Assembly (NCBI GenBank): GCA_964345075.1
Contig: CAYFPS010000011.1
Span: 13,156 to 77,155 of the forward strand
Length of the DNA stretch: 64,000 nt
Source of the DNA: an uncultured Bacteroidaceae bacterium
GTDB lineage: Bacteria; CAIWAD01
Direction of reading: 5' to 3'
Shown: positions 19,135-31,053 of the stretch, one piece after another
How the letters are laid out: every line of letters begins with the position of its first letter
How positions within the stretch are numbered: position 1 is the first letter of the stretch
Notes under the pieces: model-generated
What the model was told of the DNA's origin: nothing
Databases searched by the model: none
What the model saw: only the letters and a program-made list of their open reading frames with translations
Made by a program: the position numbers and the translations under genes

Positions 19135-20115
19135 ATGAAAGCCATTCTCCCTGTCGCCGGCAAGGGCACGCGTCTGCGGCCGCTGGCACATACATATCCG
19201 AAGGCGCTGATTCCGATTGCCGGGCGGCCAATGATCGACTGGATCATGAACCCGATGATCGAAGCCGGTCTGCAGGAAGCCGTCTTCATCGTGGGCTGGC
19301 TGGGTGCGGAGATCGAAGAACATGTTCGCCGCAGTTACCCGGACCTGAAGCTCTCCTTTGTCCCGCAGGGGCAGATGCTCGGCCTGGGCCACGCTATTTC
19401 GCTGGGCCTGGATGACAGGGATGAAGATGTCTTCATCATTCTTGGTGATACACTCTTTGACGCCGACGTCAAGGCCATTCGCGCCGCGAAGCGCAGTGTG
19501 CTGGGCGTAAAGGAAGTTGCCGATCCCAGGCGTTTTGGTGTGGCTGAAACCGCAAATGGTTGTATCACGAAACTGGTGGAAAAGCCTGCCGAACCCAAAA
19601 GCAATCTGGCCCTGATCGGTCTCTACAACATTCAGGAAGCCGGGCTTTTGAAAAGCACGCTGGATCGCATGATTCGCGATGACATCCGCACACGCGGCGA
19701 ATACCAGATTACCGACGCCCTGCAGATGATGATTGACGAAGGCGTAATCTTTGAACCCTGGGGCATCGATGGCTGGTATGACTGTGGCAAGAAGGAAACC
19801 CTTCTGGCCACCAATCGCCATTACCTGGCCCAGCGTGATACAAGGCGGGAGGCGGTCATGGTCGGCGACAGCCTGATTATTCCGCCCGTTCATCTTGGCG
19901 AAAATGTTCGTCTGCGCCGCAGCGTGGTCGGACCTTTTGTCAGCGTGGGGGATGGTGCCGAGATCACCGATTCGGTGGTCAAGGATTCCCTCTTCTGCGA
20001 CGCTTCACAGGCGAGCGGTGTTGTGTTACAGGAAGCTGTCCTGGGTCGCGAATCCCGCATCAGCCAGCCTGCGCGCACGCTGCATATCAGTGATCACACG
20101 GAAATAGCCGGCTAA
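19135..20115 (+). CDS. Sugar-phosphate nucleotidyltransferase (glucose/mannose-1-phosphate NTP-transferase family) with C-terminal left-handed beta-helix
   Basis: N-terminal motif [36 protein letters not shown] (the G-x-G-T-R-L nucleotide-binding signature). C-terminal hexapeptide-repeat-like region. Confidence 0.75.
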   Translation: MKAILPVAGKGTRLRPLAHTYPKALIPIAGRPMIDWIMNPMIEAGLQEAVFIVGWLGAEIEEHVRRSYPDLKLSFVPQGQMLGLGHAISLGLDDRDEDVFIILGDTLFDADVKAIRAAKRSVLGVKEVADPRRFGVAETANGCITKLVEKPAEPKSNLALIGLYNIQEAGLLKSTLDRMIRDDIRTRGEYQITDALQMMIDEGVIFEPWGIDGWYDCGKKETLLATNRHYLAQRDTRREAVMVGDSLIIPPVHLGENVRLRRSVVGPFVSVGDGAEITDSVVKDSLFCDASQASGVVLQEAVLGRESRISQPARTLHISDHTEIAG

Positions 20116-20140
20116 GCTGGTCGTAATACAAGGAGCAAAA

Positions 20141-21322
20141 ATGTCGACGCATCTTTTCACCAGTGAAAGTGTCACCGAAGGACATCCGGACAAGCTCTGT
20201 GACCGCGTCAGCGACAGCATTCTTGATGCCTGCCTGACGGTCGATCCCCGTGCCCGCGTCGCCTGCGAGACCTTCGTCAAGGGTTTTGAAGATTCCAGCC
20301 ACCTGATTATCGGTGGTGAGATCACACTAAACGGTGATACACCCGATTACGAACATATCGCCCGCCAGGCTGCTGCCGACATCGGCTACACTAGCAAGGA
20401 ACTGGGCATGGACGCCAGCACGGCACACGTGCAGGTTCTGGTCAGCACGCAGAGCAGTGACATCTCGCAGGGCGTGGACAAGGACAGTGGCCTCCATCAG
20501 GAGCAGGGCGCTGGCGATCAGGGCTTGATGTTCGGCTACGCGGCCAACGAGACGAAGAGCCTGATGCCCTTGCCCATCGATCTGGCCCACCGCCTGACCC
20601 ATCGTCTGGCTCAGGTGCGCAAGGAAGGCATTCTGCCCTGGGTTCGCCCGGATGGCAAGAGCCAGGTGAGCGTGCGCTATCAGGATGATCGCCCCGTTGC
20701 CGTCGAAACCGTTGTGCTCTCCACGCAGCATGACGACAACCTGGGCAAGGATGAGGACGAGACGCTGGCAATCGTGCGCGAAGGCCTCGGCCGCGAAGTG
20801 GTCGATGCCGTGATTCCGGACGACCTGCGCGCTGAGAACATGATCATCCACGTGAATCCGACCGGCAAGTTTGTGATCGGCGGTCCCTGGGGCGATGCCG
20901 GTCTGACAGGCCGCAAAATTATTGTTGACACCTACGGCGGCATGGGCCGTCACGGTGGCGGCGCGTTCTCAGGCAAGGATCCCAGCAAGGTGGATCGCTC
21001 CAGCGCTTATGCCTGCCGCTGGGTGGCCAAGCATATCGTGGCTGCAGGACTGGCCCGTCGCTGCGAGATTCAGGTAGCCTACGCCATTGGTGTGGCGCAG
21101 CCCGTCTCCATTTCAGTCAACAGCTTCGGCACCGGCAGCCAGCCCGATGAGAACCTGGACAAGCTGGTGCGCGAGCACTTCGACCTGAGGCCGGAGGCCA
21201 TCATCGAGCGCCTCGACCTGTTAAGGCCCGTCTATTCGCAGACGGCTGCCTATGGACACTTTGGACGTGAGGAATTCAGCTGGGAGCAGCTCGACAGTGC
21301 GCTTCTGGCCAAGCTTGGATAG
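20141..21322 (+). CDS. metK: S-adenosylmethionine synthetase
   Basis: [20 protein letters not shown]-terminus, then the [19 protein letters not shown]-type motif. 393 aa. Confidence 0.9.
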   Translation: MSTHLFTSESVTEGHPDKLCDRVSDSILDACLTVDPRARVACETFVKGFEDSSHLIIGGEITLNGDTPDYEHIARQAAADIGYTSKELGMDASTAHVQVLVSTQSSDISQGVDKDSGLHQEQGAGDQGLMFGYAANETKSLMPLPIDLAHRLTHRLAQVRKEGILPWVRPDGKSQVSVRYQDDRPVAVETVVLSTQHDDNLGKDEDETLAIVREGLGREVVDAVIPDDLRAENMIIHVNPTGKFVIGGPWGDAGLTGRKIIVDTYGGMGRHGGGAFSGKDPSKVDRSSAYACRWVAKHIVAAGLARRCEIQVAYAIGVAQPVSISVNSFGTGSQPDENLDKLVREHFDLRPEAIIERLDLLRPVYSQTAAYGHFGREEFSWEQLDSALLAKLG

Positions 21323-21333
21323 AAAGGGGAACC

Positions 21334-22743
21334 ATGCAGGACTTCAAAGTCAGGGATATGAACCTGGCGGCCTTTGGTCGCAAGGAAATCGAGATTGCCG
21401 AAAAGGAAATGCCGGGACTGATGTCCTTGAGGGTCAAGTACGGCGATGCCAAGCCGCTCAAGAGCCAGCGCATCATGGGCAGCCTGCACATGACAGTGCA
21501 GACAGCCGTCCTGATCGAGACGCTGGTGGCGCTTGGTGCGGAAGTGCGCTGGGCATCGTGCAACATTTTCTCCACGCAGGATCATGCCGCGGCGGCCATC
21601 GCCGAGGCGGGCGTGCCTGTCTACGCCTGGAAGGGCGAGACACTGGCCGAGTACTGGTGGTGCACGCGCATGGCCCTGACCTTCACAGGGGGCAAGGGTC
21701 CGACGCTGATCGTCGATGATGGCGGTGATGCCACGCTGATGCTGCACATGGGCGTCGAACTGGAGAAGGCACTTGCCAGCGGCGAAAAGGCTCCCGAATG
21801 GGCTGCCAGCTGCGAGGACGAGCGCTGCCTGCAGGCCGAGATTCATGCTGCCCGCGAAGGTGCCGAAAGCTTCTGGACCACGCTGGCCAAAGAGATTCGC
21901 GGCGTAAGCGAAGAGACGACCACGGGCGTCCATCGCCTTTATCAGCTGATGGAAGAAGGCAAGCTGCTCTTCCCGGCCTATAACGTGAACGACTCGGTGA
22001 CCAAGAGCAAGTTCGACAACCTCTACGGCTGTCGCGAAAGCCTGGCCGATGGCATCAAGCGCGCCACCGATGTGATGGTGGCGGGCAAGACCGTGCTGGT
22101 CTGCGGCTATGGCGATGTGGGCAAGGGCTGCGCCCAGTCCATGCGCGGTTTCGGCGCGCGCGTGCTGATCACGGAGATCGATCCGATCTGCGCCCTGCAG
22201 GCCGCCATGGAAGGCTACGAGGTTGTCACCGTCGAGCAGGCACTGGCCGAAACCGACATCTTCGTGACCGCCACCGGCAACAAGGATGTGATCACCGCCG
22301 AACACATGCTGGCCATGAAGGACCAGGCGATTGTCTGCAACATTGGTCACTTCGACAACGAGATCCAGGTTGCCCAGCTGGAAGCCACCGCCGGCGTCAG
22401 CAAGGTCAACATCAAGCCGCAGGTGGATCGCTACGAATTTGAAAACGGCAAGGGCATCTACATGCTGGCCGAAGGCCGCCTTGTCAATCTTGGCTGTGCG
22501 ACCGGTCACCCCAGTTTTGTGATGTCAAACAGCTTTACAAATCAGACACTTGCCCAGATTGCGCTTGCTGAAAGGGAACACGAGCTTGGCGTCTACATGT
22601 TGCCCAAGCATCTGGATGAAGAGGTTGCCCGCCTGCATCTTGCTCATCTGGGCGTGACCCTGACGGAGCTGACGCCCGAGCAGGCTGCCTACATTGGCGT
22701 AGCGAAGAACGGTCCTTACAAGCCCGAGCATTATCGCTATTAG
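21334..22743 (+). CDS. ahcY: Adenosylhomocysteinase
   Basis: 469 aa. [27 protein letters not shown]-terminus. NAD-binding [10 protein letters not shown] motif. C-terminal KPEHYRY. Confidence 0.9.
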   Translation: MQDFKVRDMNLAAFGRKEIEIAEKEMPGLMSLRVKYGDAKPLKSQRIMGSLHMTVQTAVLIETLVALGAEVRWASCNIFSTQDHAAAAIAEAGVPVYAWKGETLAEYWWCTRMALTFTGGKGPTLIVDDGGDATLMLHMGVELEKALASGEKAPEWAASCEDERCLQAEIHAAREGAESFWTTLAKEIRGVSEETTTGVHRLYQLMEEGKLLFPAYNVNDSVTKSKFDNLYGCRESLADGIKRATDVMVAGKTVLVCGYGDVGKGCAQSMRGFGARVLITEIDPICALQAAMEGYEVVTVEQALAETDIFVTATGNKDVITAEHMLAMKDQAIVCNIGHFDNEIQVAQLEATAGVSKVNIKPQVDRYEFENGKGIYMLAEGRLVNLGCATGHPSFVMSNSFTNQTLAQIALAEREHELGVYMLPKHLDEEVARLHLAHLGVTLTELTPEQAAYIGVAKNGPYKPEHYRY

Positions 22744-22818
22744 TACAGCCTGACAGCGAAGATTCCGATACTGAAGGGCGATGGTTCTCCATCGCCTTTT
22801 TCAAGAACGGGGAGATGA

Positions 22819-24762
22819 ATGAAACGTAGTGCCGCATTTGTGCTTGCAGGTCTGGTCTTTGCCGCCTGCAGCATAGAGGATCCTGCCGGTACCCGCTGGG
22901 AGACGACTTTCCAGCTGGTGGCCGCGCCCGAGACCCTCTTCGTCAATCAGGCCGGAGAGAACGACCAGCTCTACTTTGATCCGGATTCGATGTTGATCTT
23001 CTCGCAGGAGGTTGACACGATCACGGCCCACGTTGGTGACAGTCTGCGCTGGCGCGATGTCAGTGGCAGTTTCAACATTCAGCTGGCAAATCTGGTCTTT
23101 GAAGATCAGGGTAGCGTAGAGCAGAATCTCCCCTTCTATGCCGCCTATCCGCAGTATCTGCCCTTTGACGGGACCCAGCAGCAGATCACAGAGAGCAGCG
23201 AATTCGCGCTTGAGCTGACCTTTCCTGACTGGCCGGATCTGGAGTGGATTGCGCTTTCCGGTGGTGAATACCTGCTGGACATCAGCCATTCATGGCCCTT
23301 CGATATGGAGTGGGTCGAGCTGGCCATTTACAACAGCTTTGGCGAAACGCTGGGTAGCCAGCGGGTTGAGCCGGCTGGTGGACTGCCTGCCGGCGAGCTG
23401 TGGCAGGGACAGATGCCCATGAGCGGCCTGTTGACAGCCAGTCTCAGTCTGGGCATTTCCGGCAATAACCTGCCAATGGACGCGCCCGGTCTGATTGAAA
23501 ACAGCGGAATGGCCATTCAGCTGGTGCAGGTCTACAGCGAGGCTGACAGCGCGCGCGCACTGATTCCCGCCCAGCACTTCCTGCTGGAAGACAGTCTCCT
23601 TTCCGACGACCGCCTGCGGATTGTGGAAGCCTTGAGTGGCCCCAGCACCCTGACAATCAATTCGACAGAAAACATCGGTCTGCCCATCGGCATGGAAATC
23701 GTCTTTCCGCAGTTCCTCGGCGTTGAGAGCAGCGATCCCCTGACCCTCGCCTTCGATCTTGACGGCAGCGGTGGGGAAAGCCAGACCATCAATGAGCTGG
23801 AAGCCCTGCACTTCCTGGATGAAGACGGCTCGGGCCTGCAGTATTTCCCGATTCTTTTTGCCGCCTCTACACCGGAAAGCGATGGCATGCAGACCCTGAT
23901 CAGTGGTGGCAGTGTCAGCATCAACCTGAGCTTTTCGGAAGCCTCGCTCGAAACCTTTACCGGCTATTTTCTGCAAGACCTGATTGTACCCATCGAGGAT
24001 GAGGCCGCGCTCTTCGACCCCTGGCCAGCCGAGCTGGAACTGCTCGACATGAGCGACATGGCCATGCGCTTCCACATTCGAAACGATCTGGATGTGACCG
24101 TTGAGAGCACAATCACCCTGGATGTAACAGCAGGACCCAATGCCGCATACGGTGATACAAGCCTGGTGCTGACTCCACAGGTGACAGCGCAGGATACGCT
24201 GATTCGCCTGACAGGTGTGGGTCGCATCGCTTCGCGCCTGCCCGAGAGCATCATGGTTGGTGGTGAACTGGTGCTGCCCAGCAACAATCTTTTTAACCTG
24301 GACCAGAGCAGCATCATGGGGATCACGGCTATCGAAATGGCTGCGCGCTTCAGGCTTTCCGGCTTCCAGTGGGCTTCCACACCTGATGAAGTTACCGAGG
24401 AGATTCCTCAGGAAGTGCTTGAGGTCGCGCTGGAGAGCTGGATCGACAATCGCATTCCCGTGGGCGGTTACCTTCGTGGTTATGTATCACAGAGCATGAG
24501 CGGGCCGGGTGTGGAGCTCTACAATATCGAGCTTGATCCTGCTATCTGGATGGAAGATTCGGCTCTGGCCGTCCGTGATACAATCCGCGTAGAACTGAAT
24601 GGAGAGGCGCTGGATGTTACCCACGCCAATCCCTGGTACATCTGGTACGAGTTTGAAGCCATCGCGCCTGAGGACGTTGTAGAACTTAGAAGCCACCAGT
24701 GGATGCGCGTACAAACGAGTTTTCAGGCCACGATTGATGTCGATCTGGAGGGCAATGACTGA
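22819..24762 (+). CDS. Hypothetical acidic lipoprotein
   Basis: Signal peptide with lipobox (LVFAAC). 647 aa, no recognisable catalytic motif. First gene of a tightly overlapping four-gene unit. Confidence 0.5.
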   Translation: MKRSAAFVLAGLVFAACSIEDPAGTRWETTFQLVAAPETLFVNQAGENDQLYFDPDSMLIFSQEVDTITAHVGDSLRWRDVSGSFNIQLANLVFEDQGSVEQNLPFYAAYPQYLPFDGTQQQITESSEFALELTFPDWPDLEWIALSGGEYLLDISHSWPFDMEWVELAIYNSFGETLGSQRVEPAGGLPAGELWQGQMPMSGLLTASLSLGISGNNLPMDAPGLIENSGMAIQLVQVYSEADSARALIPAQHFLLEDSLLSDDRLRIVEALSGPSTLTINSTENIGLPIGMEIVFPQFLGVESSDPLTLAFDLDGSGGESQTINELEALHFLDEDGSGLQYFPILFAASTPESDGMQTLISGGSVSINLSFSEASLETFTGYFLQDLIVPIEDEAALFDPWPAELELLDMSDMAMRFHIRNDLDVTVESTITLDVTAGPNAAYGDTSLVLTPQVTAQDTLIRLTGVGRIASRLPESIMVGGELVLPSNNLFNLDQSSIMGITAIEMAARFRLSGFQWASTPDEVTEEIPQEVLEVALESWIDNRIPVGGYLRGYVSQSMSGPGVELYNIELDPAIWMEDSALAVRDTIRVELNGEALDVTHANPWYIWYEFEAIAPEDVVELRSHQWMRVQTSFQATIDVDLEGND

Positions 24763-26030
24763 TGAGAACCCTCTTTGCCCTGCTGATTGCACTGTGTCTG
24801 CCTTTTACTGCCACCGAAGCACGCCTGCTTGATGGTGCCGGACGCATGCTGGATGCCGACATGGGAGCCGCCGAGCTCTCGCCGGCTATCCCTTACAACG
24901 ACAGTTACAAACTGGTGGTCGGTCTCGACTCCTGGTTCACTGTGAGAAACGATCGCCTCTCCATTGGTACCTGGAATGACCATGTGGGTCATTTCCTTGA
25001 CGACGAAGAGAAGCGGGCCATTCTGGATGAGATGGGCGGTGTGATGGGCGCCCATCAGCGAATGATTCTGCGTCCGCTGGCTCTGATTGTGCCCTTCAAG
25101 GACAAGCGTCAGAGCATGTTCGGTATGTCGCTGGAGCTTGTATCACAGGCCCATTTGCAGATGGATACCGAGCTCTTTGAGCTGGCCTTTTTTGGAAACG
25201 ACCCCAACCGTGAAATCGTGATTGACCACGCCGATCTGGATGCTGAGCTGACAGCGCAAGTCCGCCTGACCTTCAGCCGTGTATACGGCATGCCTGCCAG
25301 CTGGCCGGCATGGATTGCGGGCCGGCCGGTGCGCTTCGGAATTGGCTTGCAGCTTGAGCGACTTGGGCTGCGCAGCTCTACAGAGAGCTTTGACAATTCG
25401 ATTCAGCCGGTAGTGGGCGAGTTCGAAGCCTGGTTCAGGCATACCCAGAAGACAGCTGACACAGGCTTTGGCAAGTCCTTTGACCTTGGCGCGCAGACCG
25501 AGCTCGAACTGCTCGACCGACCGCTGCTGGTGGATGTCGCCTTGCGCGGCCTTTTGCACAGCCGCGACTGGCGTCATGTCGAAGAAGAGCTGCGAGTCTT
25601 TGAAGTTCCGGAAACGGGCATCGACACGGATTTCGATGAAGAGATCTTCAGCGATGCGATCATGGACACGACCATTACCACCGATCTGGGTGCCAGCAAG
25701 GTTCGCTTGAGCCCGGGCTGGACGCTGGGCCTGCGCTGGGAGCAGACGAAGACCATTCATCATGCTTTCCTTATTGAAGAACTGCCCGAGACATCCATTG
25801 ATGTGACACAGCGCAGGGCCTCCTGGTATACGCGCTGGAATCCCAAGAACAGCATTCTTTATCTGGGTGCGGAGCTTTCCGGCGGAATGGGACGTGGCCC
25901 CGGTATCGGCGGCGAATTGCAGCTGAAGGGGCGCTTCTTTGAATTCGGCATCGGGCTTAAAGGATACGCCGGTATCGGCAATTCATCCCGCGGTATCACA
26001 ACAGGCATCATGGCGCGCTTCCGATTGTGA
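24762..26030 (+). CDS. Hypothetical exported protein (possible outer-membrane beta-barrel)
   Basis: Signal peptide MRTLFALLIALCLPFTATEA. Alternating amphipathic segments, C-terminal ..GIMARFRL. Start overlaps the upstream stop (ATGA). Confidence 0.45.
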   Translation: MRTLFALLIALCLPFTATEARLLDGAGRMLDADMGAAELSPAIPYNDSYKLVVGLDSWFTVRNDRLSIGTWNDHVGHFLDDEEKRAILDEMGGVMGAHQRMILRPLALIVPFKDKRQSMFGMSLELVSQAHLQMDTELFELAFFGNDPNREIVIDHADLDAELTAQVRLTFSRVYGMPASWPAWIAGRPVRFGIGLQLERLGLRSSTESFDNSIQPVVGEFEAWFRHTQKTADTGFGKSFDLGAQTELELLDRPLLVDVALRGLLHSRDWRHVEEELRVFEVPETGIDTDFDEEIFSDAIMDTTITTDLGASKVRLSPGWTLGLRWEQTKTIHHAFLIEELPETSIDVTQRRASWYTRWNPKNSILYLGAELSGGMGRGPGIGGELQLKGRFFEFGIGLKGYAGIGNSSRGITTGIMARFRL

Positions 26031-26737
26031 AAGGCGAGCTCTTAAGGCTTGAGGCTGTAACACGCCACTATCATGTCGGCAGCGAAACCGTGCGTGCGCT
26101 GGATGGTGTGGATCTGGTGCTGGGCCGGGGCGAATACCTGGCCATCATGGGACCATCTGGCAGCGGCAAATCCACCCTGATGAATTTGCTGGGCTGCCTG
26201 GAACGACCCGGCTCCGGCAAGTATCTGCTGGATGGCGAAGATGTCGGATCGCTTGAGGACGATGCCCGGCTTTCCCGCTTGCGAGGCAGTCTGATCGGTT
26301 TTGTCTTTCAAACCTTCAACCTGCTGCCCAGGCTGGATGCAACCGACAATGTGGCCCTGCCGCTGGTCTATCAGGGCCTTCCCGCACCTGTTCGCACCGA
26401 GCGCGCGCTTAATGCCTTGAAGCGTGTCGGTCTGGAAAACCGCGCCAGCCATCGCCCGGCCGAAATGTCCGGTGGTCAAAGGCAGCGTGTCGCCATTGCC
26501 CGTGCGCTTGTCACACAGCCCAGCCTGATTCTGGCCGACGAACCCACCGGCAATCTGGACTCCAGAACCAGCGCTGAGATCCTGGACCTTTTCGACAGCC
26601 TTCATCAGGAAGGCCATAGCCTGATCGTTGTCACACATGAAGACGATGTGGCCGCCAGAGCGCAGCGCGTGATACATTTGCTGGACGGCAAGGTCGAGCG
26701 TGAGACAAGGCCGCGGAAGGAACTGGAGAAGGCATGA
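26027..26737 (+). CDS. ABC transporter ATP-binding protein, LolD/MacB-like
   Basis: Walker [11 protein letters not shown], signature [15 protein letters not shown], Walker [13 protein letters not shown]. No cognate permease gene in the unit. Confidence 0.85.
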   Translation: MKGELLRLEAVTRHYHVGSETVRALDGVDLVLGRGEYLAIMGPSGSGKSTLMNLLGCLERPGSGKYLLDGEDVGSLEDDARLSRLRGSLIGFVFQTFNLLPRLDATDNVALPLVYQGLPAPVRTERALNALKRVGLENRASHRPAEMSGGQRQRVAIARALVTQPSLILADEPTGNLDSRTSAEILDLFDSLHQEGHSLIVVTHEDDVAARAQRVIHLLDGKVERETRPRKELEKA

Positions 26738-27483
26738 ATTCCCGTCGCGTACTTGTAACCGGAGGCAGTCGCGGGATTGGCGCAGCCATCTCCCTGCTAC
26801 TGGCCAAGCGCGGTCATCAGCTGGCCGTGCACTATGGTCATGACAGCCAGGCCGCGGAGAAGCTCCTGCAAAAGCTGGAGGGCGAAGGGCATGTCCTGCT
26901 CAGGGCCGACCTGTCCGATGCGAAGGCGGTCAGGGGGCTGGCAAAGGAGGCCCATGAGGCACTTCATGGACTTGACGCCATCGTCAACAATGCCGGCATT
27001 CACCAATACCATCCACCCCTGGAAACCGATGCAGACACGTGGGAGAAGCTCTGGCGTGATACACTGGAGGTGAATCTGCTGGCTCCCATGCTGCTGGCTC
27101 ATGGAGCCATTCCCTTTCTCAAGGCATCCGGCTCCGGGCGAATTGTCAACATCGGATCGCGGGGCGGCTATCGCGGCGAGCCCGGTGGCCCGGCCTACGG
27201 TAGCGCGAAGGCGGGCCTGCACGCTGGCATGCAGTCCATGGCCCAGGCGCTGGCACCGGCTGGCATTCATGTCTTCAGCATTGCGCCCGGATTTGTGGAA
27301 ACAGAAATGGTCGCCGAGCACTTGGCTGGCCCGGCCGGTGATGCGATCAAGGCGCAGAGTCCGCTTAATCGCGTGGCCCAACCCGGCGAGATCGCCCGCA
27401 TCGTGGCCTTTCTGCTTTCCGGCGAAGGCGACTGGATGACCGGCAGCGTGCTGGACGCCAACGGCGCCTCCTATTTGCGCTAG
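26734..27483 (+). CDS. SDR family NAD(P)-dependent oxidoreductase (FabG-like)
   Basis: VLVTGGSRGIGAAI (TGxxxGxG) and the catalytic YGSAKAG (YxxxK). Confidence 0.8.
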   Translation: MNSRRVLVTGGSRGIGAAISLLLAKRGHQLAVHYGHDSQAAEKLLQKLEGEGHVLLRADLSDAKAVRGLAKEAHEALHGLDAIVNNAGIHQYHPPLETDADTWEKLWRDTLEVNLLAPMLLAHGAIPFLKASGSGRIVNIGSRGGYRGEPGGPAYGSAKAGLHAGMQSMAQALAPAGIHVFSIAPGFVETEMVAEHLAGPAGDAIKAQSPLNRVAQPGEIARIVAFLLSGEGDWMTGSVLDANGASYLR

Positions 27484-27551
27484 ACCTGCAAAATCACTCC
27501 GATTCTTCCTTCAAAATCAAGCTGATCAGGGCCTTCCAGTGTCAGCTCCAC

Positions 27552-27608
27552 TTGACTCTTTGCCCCGCTCGCTGTTACTTGTTAGCACTCATGGCACGCG
27601 AGTGCTAA
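27552..27608 (+). promoter_or_regulatory. sigma70-like promoter plus CIRCE operator (HrcA site) upstream of groES
   Basis: TTGACT-N17-TTACTT, followed by TTAGCACTC-atggcacgc-GAGTGCTAA at 27582-27608. This is a perfect match to the CIRCE consensus TTAGCACTC-N9-GAGTGCTAA. Confidence 0.9.
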
Positions 27609-27663
27609 CAGCTCTTGAACAACACAGTTTTTCAATTCAATTCAATCCCAAAAGGAGGATTCC

Positions 27664-27951
27664 ATGAAGCTGAAGCCCATGGATGACAGGGTGATTGTGA
27701 CCCGCATGGACGATTCCGTCGAGAAGAGCGCTGGCGGCATCATCATTCCCGATACCGCCAAGGAAAAGCCCCAGATGGGCAAGGTGATCGCCGTTGGAAC
27801 CGACGCTCCTGAAGGCCGCACGCCGCTCCAGGACCTGGTGAAGGAAGGCGACACGGTCGTCTTTGCCAAGTACGGCGCGACCGAAGTCAAGGTGGAAGGC
27901 GAGACCTTCCTGATCCTTGGCCGCAGTGACATTCTGGCGATCGTGGGTTAA
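27664..27951 (+). CDS. groES: Co-chaperonin GroES
   Basis: 95 aa: MKLKPMDDRVIVTRMDDSVEKSAGGIIIPDTAKEKPQMGKVIAVG. AGGAGG RBS. Confidence 0.95.
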   Translation: MKLKPMDDRVIVTRMDDSVEKSAGGIIIPDTAKEKPQMGKVIAVGTDAPEGRTPLQDLVKEGDTVVFAKYGATEVKVEGETFLILGRSDILAIVG

Positions 27952-27965
27952 GGAGAAGGAGCTAA

Positions 27966-29606
<1,641 letters not shown>

Positions 29607-29633
29607 GCCTTTCGGCTCATCAACGACCCGATC

Positions 29634-29671
29634 AACCGGCTTGTCCCTTTGGGGCAGGCCGGTTTTTCTTT
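29634..29671 (+). terminator. Rho-independent terminator after groEL
   Basis: aaccggc...gccggtt hairpin followed by TTTTCTTT. Confidence 0.65.
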
Positions 29672-29809
29672 GCCCGGCTGGCAGGGCAAGTGACCTATCC
29701 TTAGATTGATGTCCTTGGCATACAGGAGGATTAACCTTCCTGTCACATGCCCGATGGACGGAAGCCCCCGTCTTTCCTTCATTAGGCCCTGTTTTTAAAT
29801 GGAGGTCTC

Positions 29810-30310
29810 ATGTTTCATCCCATGATTGTTCATCTGCCGCTTGGTCTGGCCGCGATTCTACCGCTTGTGGGCCTGTGGCTCGTCTGGTTGTCGCGTAAAG
29901 AGAGCATTCAGCGCCCGGTCTGGATTCTGCTGCTTCTGTTGCAGCTGGTCATGACAGCCGGTGCCTTCATGGCTGTGCAGAGTGGCGAAAAGGAAGAACA
30001 CCGCGTGGAAGATCTTTTGCCTGAAGCAGGCCTGCACGAACACGAAGAGCGCGCTGAACTATTACAAAGTTTCAGCCTGCTGGTGCTGGCCGCTGCCGGT
30101 CTGGCGCTCTTTCTGGGCAGCCGCGGTGTGCTGGCAAAAGTGATGCCCCTGATTCTGCTGCTGCTCTTTTTGCTTCAGGCCGGATTGGCGGTGGCCACGG
30201 GCAAGGCCGGGGGCGAGCTCGTCTGGGACAGCGCTTCCGGGCTGACACCGCTGGAAAAGGGGCGAAGCGTGGAGAAAATCCGCGGCAGGCATGGCGAAAG
30301 GGAGGACTAA
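29810..30310 (+). CDS. Hypothetical integral membrane protein (about 4 TM)
   Basis: 166 aa, four hydrophobic helices. Precedes the TlpA/DUF4266/DUF3570/ApbE genes on the same strand. Confidence 0.5.
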   Translation: MFHPMIVHLPLGLAAILPLVGLWLVWLSRKESIQRPVWILLLLLQLVMTAGAFMAVQSGEKEEHRVEDLLPEAGLHEHEERAELLQSFSLLVLAAAGLALFLGSRGVLAKVMPLILLLLFLLQAGLAVATGKAGGELVWDSASGLTPLEKGRSVEKIRGRHGERED

Positions 30311-30364
30311 CCATCGAATCTGGCTCTGATTTTTGCATACTGCAAGCGAAGAACAGGAGATTCA

Positions 30365-30844
30365 ATGAAGCATGTTTTGATGGCGGCAAGCCTGCTGCTG
30401 GCGGGGGCTCGACTGGGCCACTCGCTGCCTGAAGCAGGTTCGCCGGCTCCCGCCCTGCCCGAGGGACAGGATCTTTCGGGCAAGATTGTCCTGCTTGATT
30501 TCTGGGCCAGCTGGTGCGAACCCTGCGCCCAGAGTTTTCCCTGGCTGGACTCCCTTCAGATCGCCCTGAAGGAGCACGCCTTTACCGTCATTGCCGTCAA
30601 TGAAGACCGCAAGTGGGCCAAGGCCGAACGCTTCCTGAAAGAAGGCGCTTACACCCTTCCCGTCGTCCATGACAAGGGCGGGAAACTGGCAGCAGCCTGG
30701 GGGCTTGAAGGCATGCCTTCGAGCATTCTGATTGATGAAACAGGCACCGTGCGCTTCAGCCATGTGGGCTTTCGAGAGGGTGACAGCCAGCTCTTCGAAA
30801 AGGAAATTGACGCTTTGCTGAAAGCTGTGGAGGCTGGCCAATGA
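30365..30844 (+). CDS. TlpA/ResA-family periplasmic thiol-disulfide oxidoreductase
   Basis: Signal peptide, then LLDFWASWCEPC (thioredoxin-fold CxxC). Confidence 0.85.
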   Translation: MKHVLMAASLLLAGARLGHSLPEAGSPAPALPEGQDLSGKIVLLDFWASWCEPCAQSFPWLDSLQIALKEHAFTVIAVNEDRKWAKAERFLKEGAYTLPVVHDKGGKLAAAWGLEGMPSSILIDETGTVRFSHVGFREGDSQLFEKEIDALLKAVEAGQ

Positions 30845-31053
30845 AAAGGCTGTTTTGCTGTGGCTTGCTGCTGGCCCTCAGTCTGGGCTGTGTCAGGCGC
30901 GTGCAGCCCTGGGAGCGCGACCTGCTGGCCGATCCGCAGATGAGCGCCCAGCCCGATGCTGTGGAAGCCGGACTGGACGAGCATGTTTACTTTTCCAAGG
31001 AAGCCGCACACGGCGGTGATGGCGTCGGTGGAGGAGGCTGCGGATGCAATTGA
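30841..31053 (+). CDS. Small lipoprotein, DUF4266-like
   Basis: 70 aa. MKRLFCCGLLLALSLGC lipobox and a Gly/Cys tail (GGGGCGCN). This is the size and position expected for DUF4266, which pairs with DUF3570. Start overlaps the upstream stop. Confidence 0.6.
   Translation: MKRLFCCGLLLALSLGCVRRVQPWERDLLADPQMSAQPDAVEAGLDEHVYFSKEAAHGGDGVGGGGCGCN

Noticed and set aside
21250-22509. 419-aa minus-strand ORF
   Set aside because: Antisense to ahcY.
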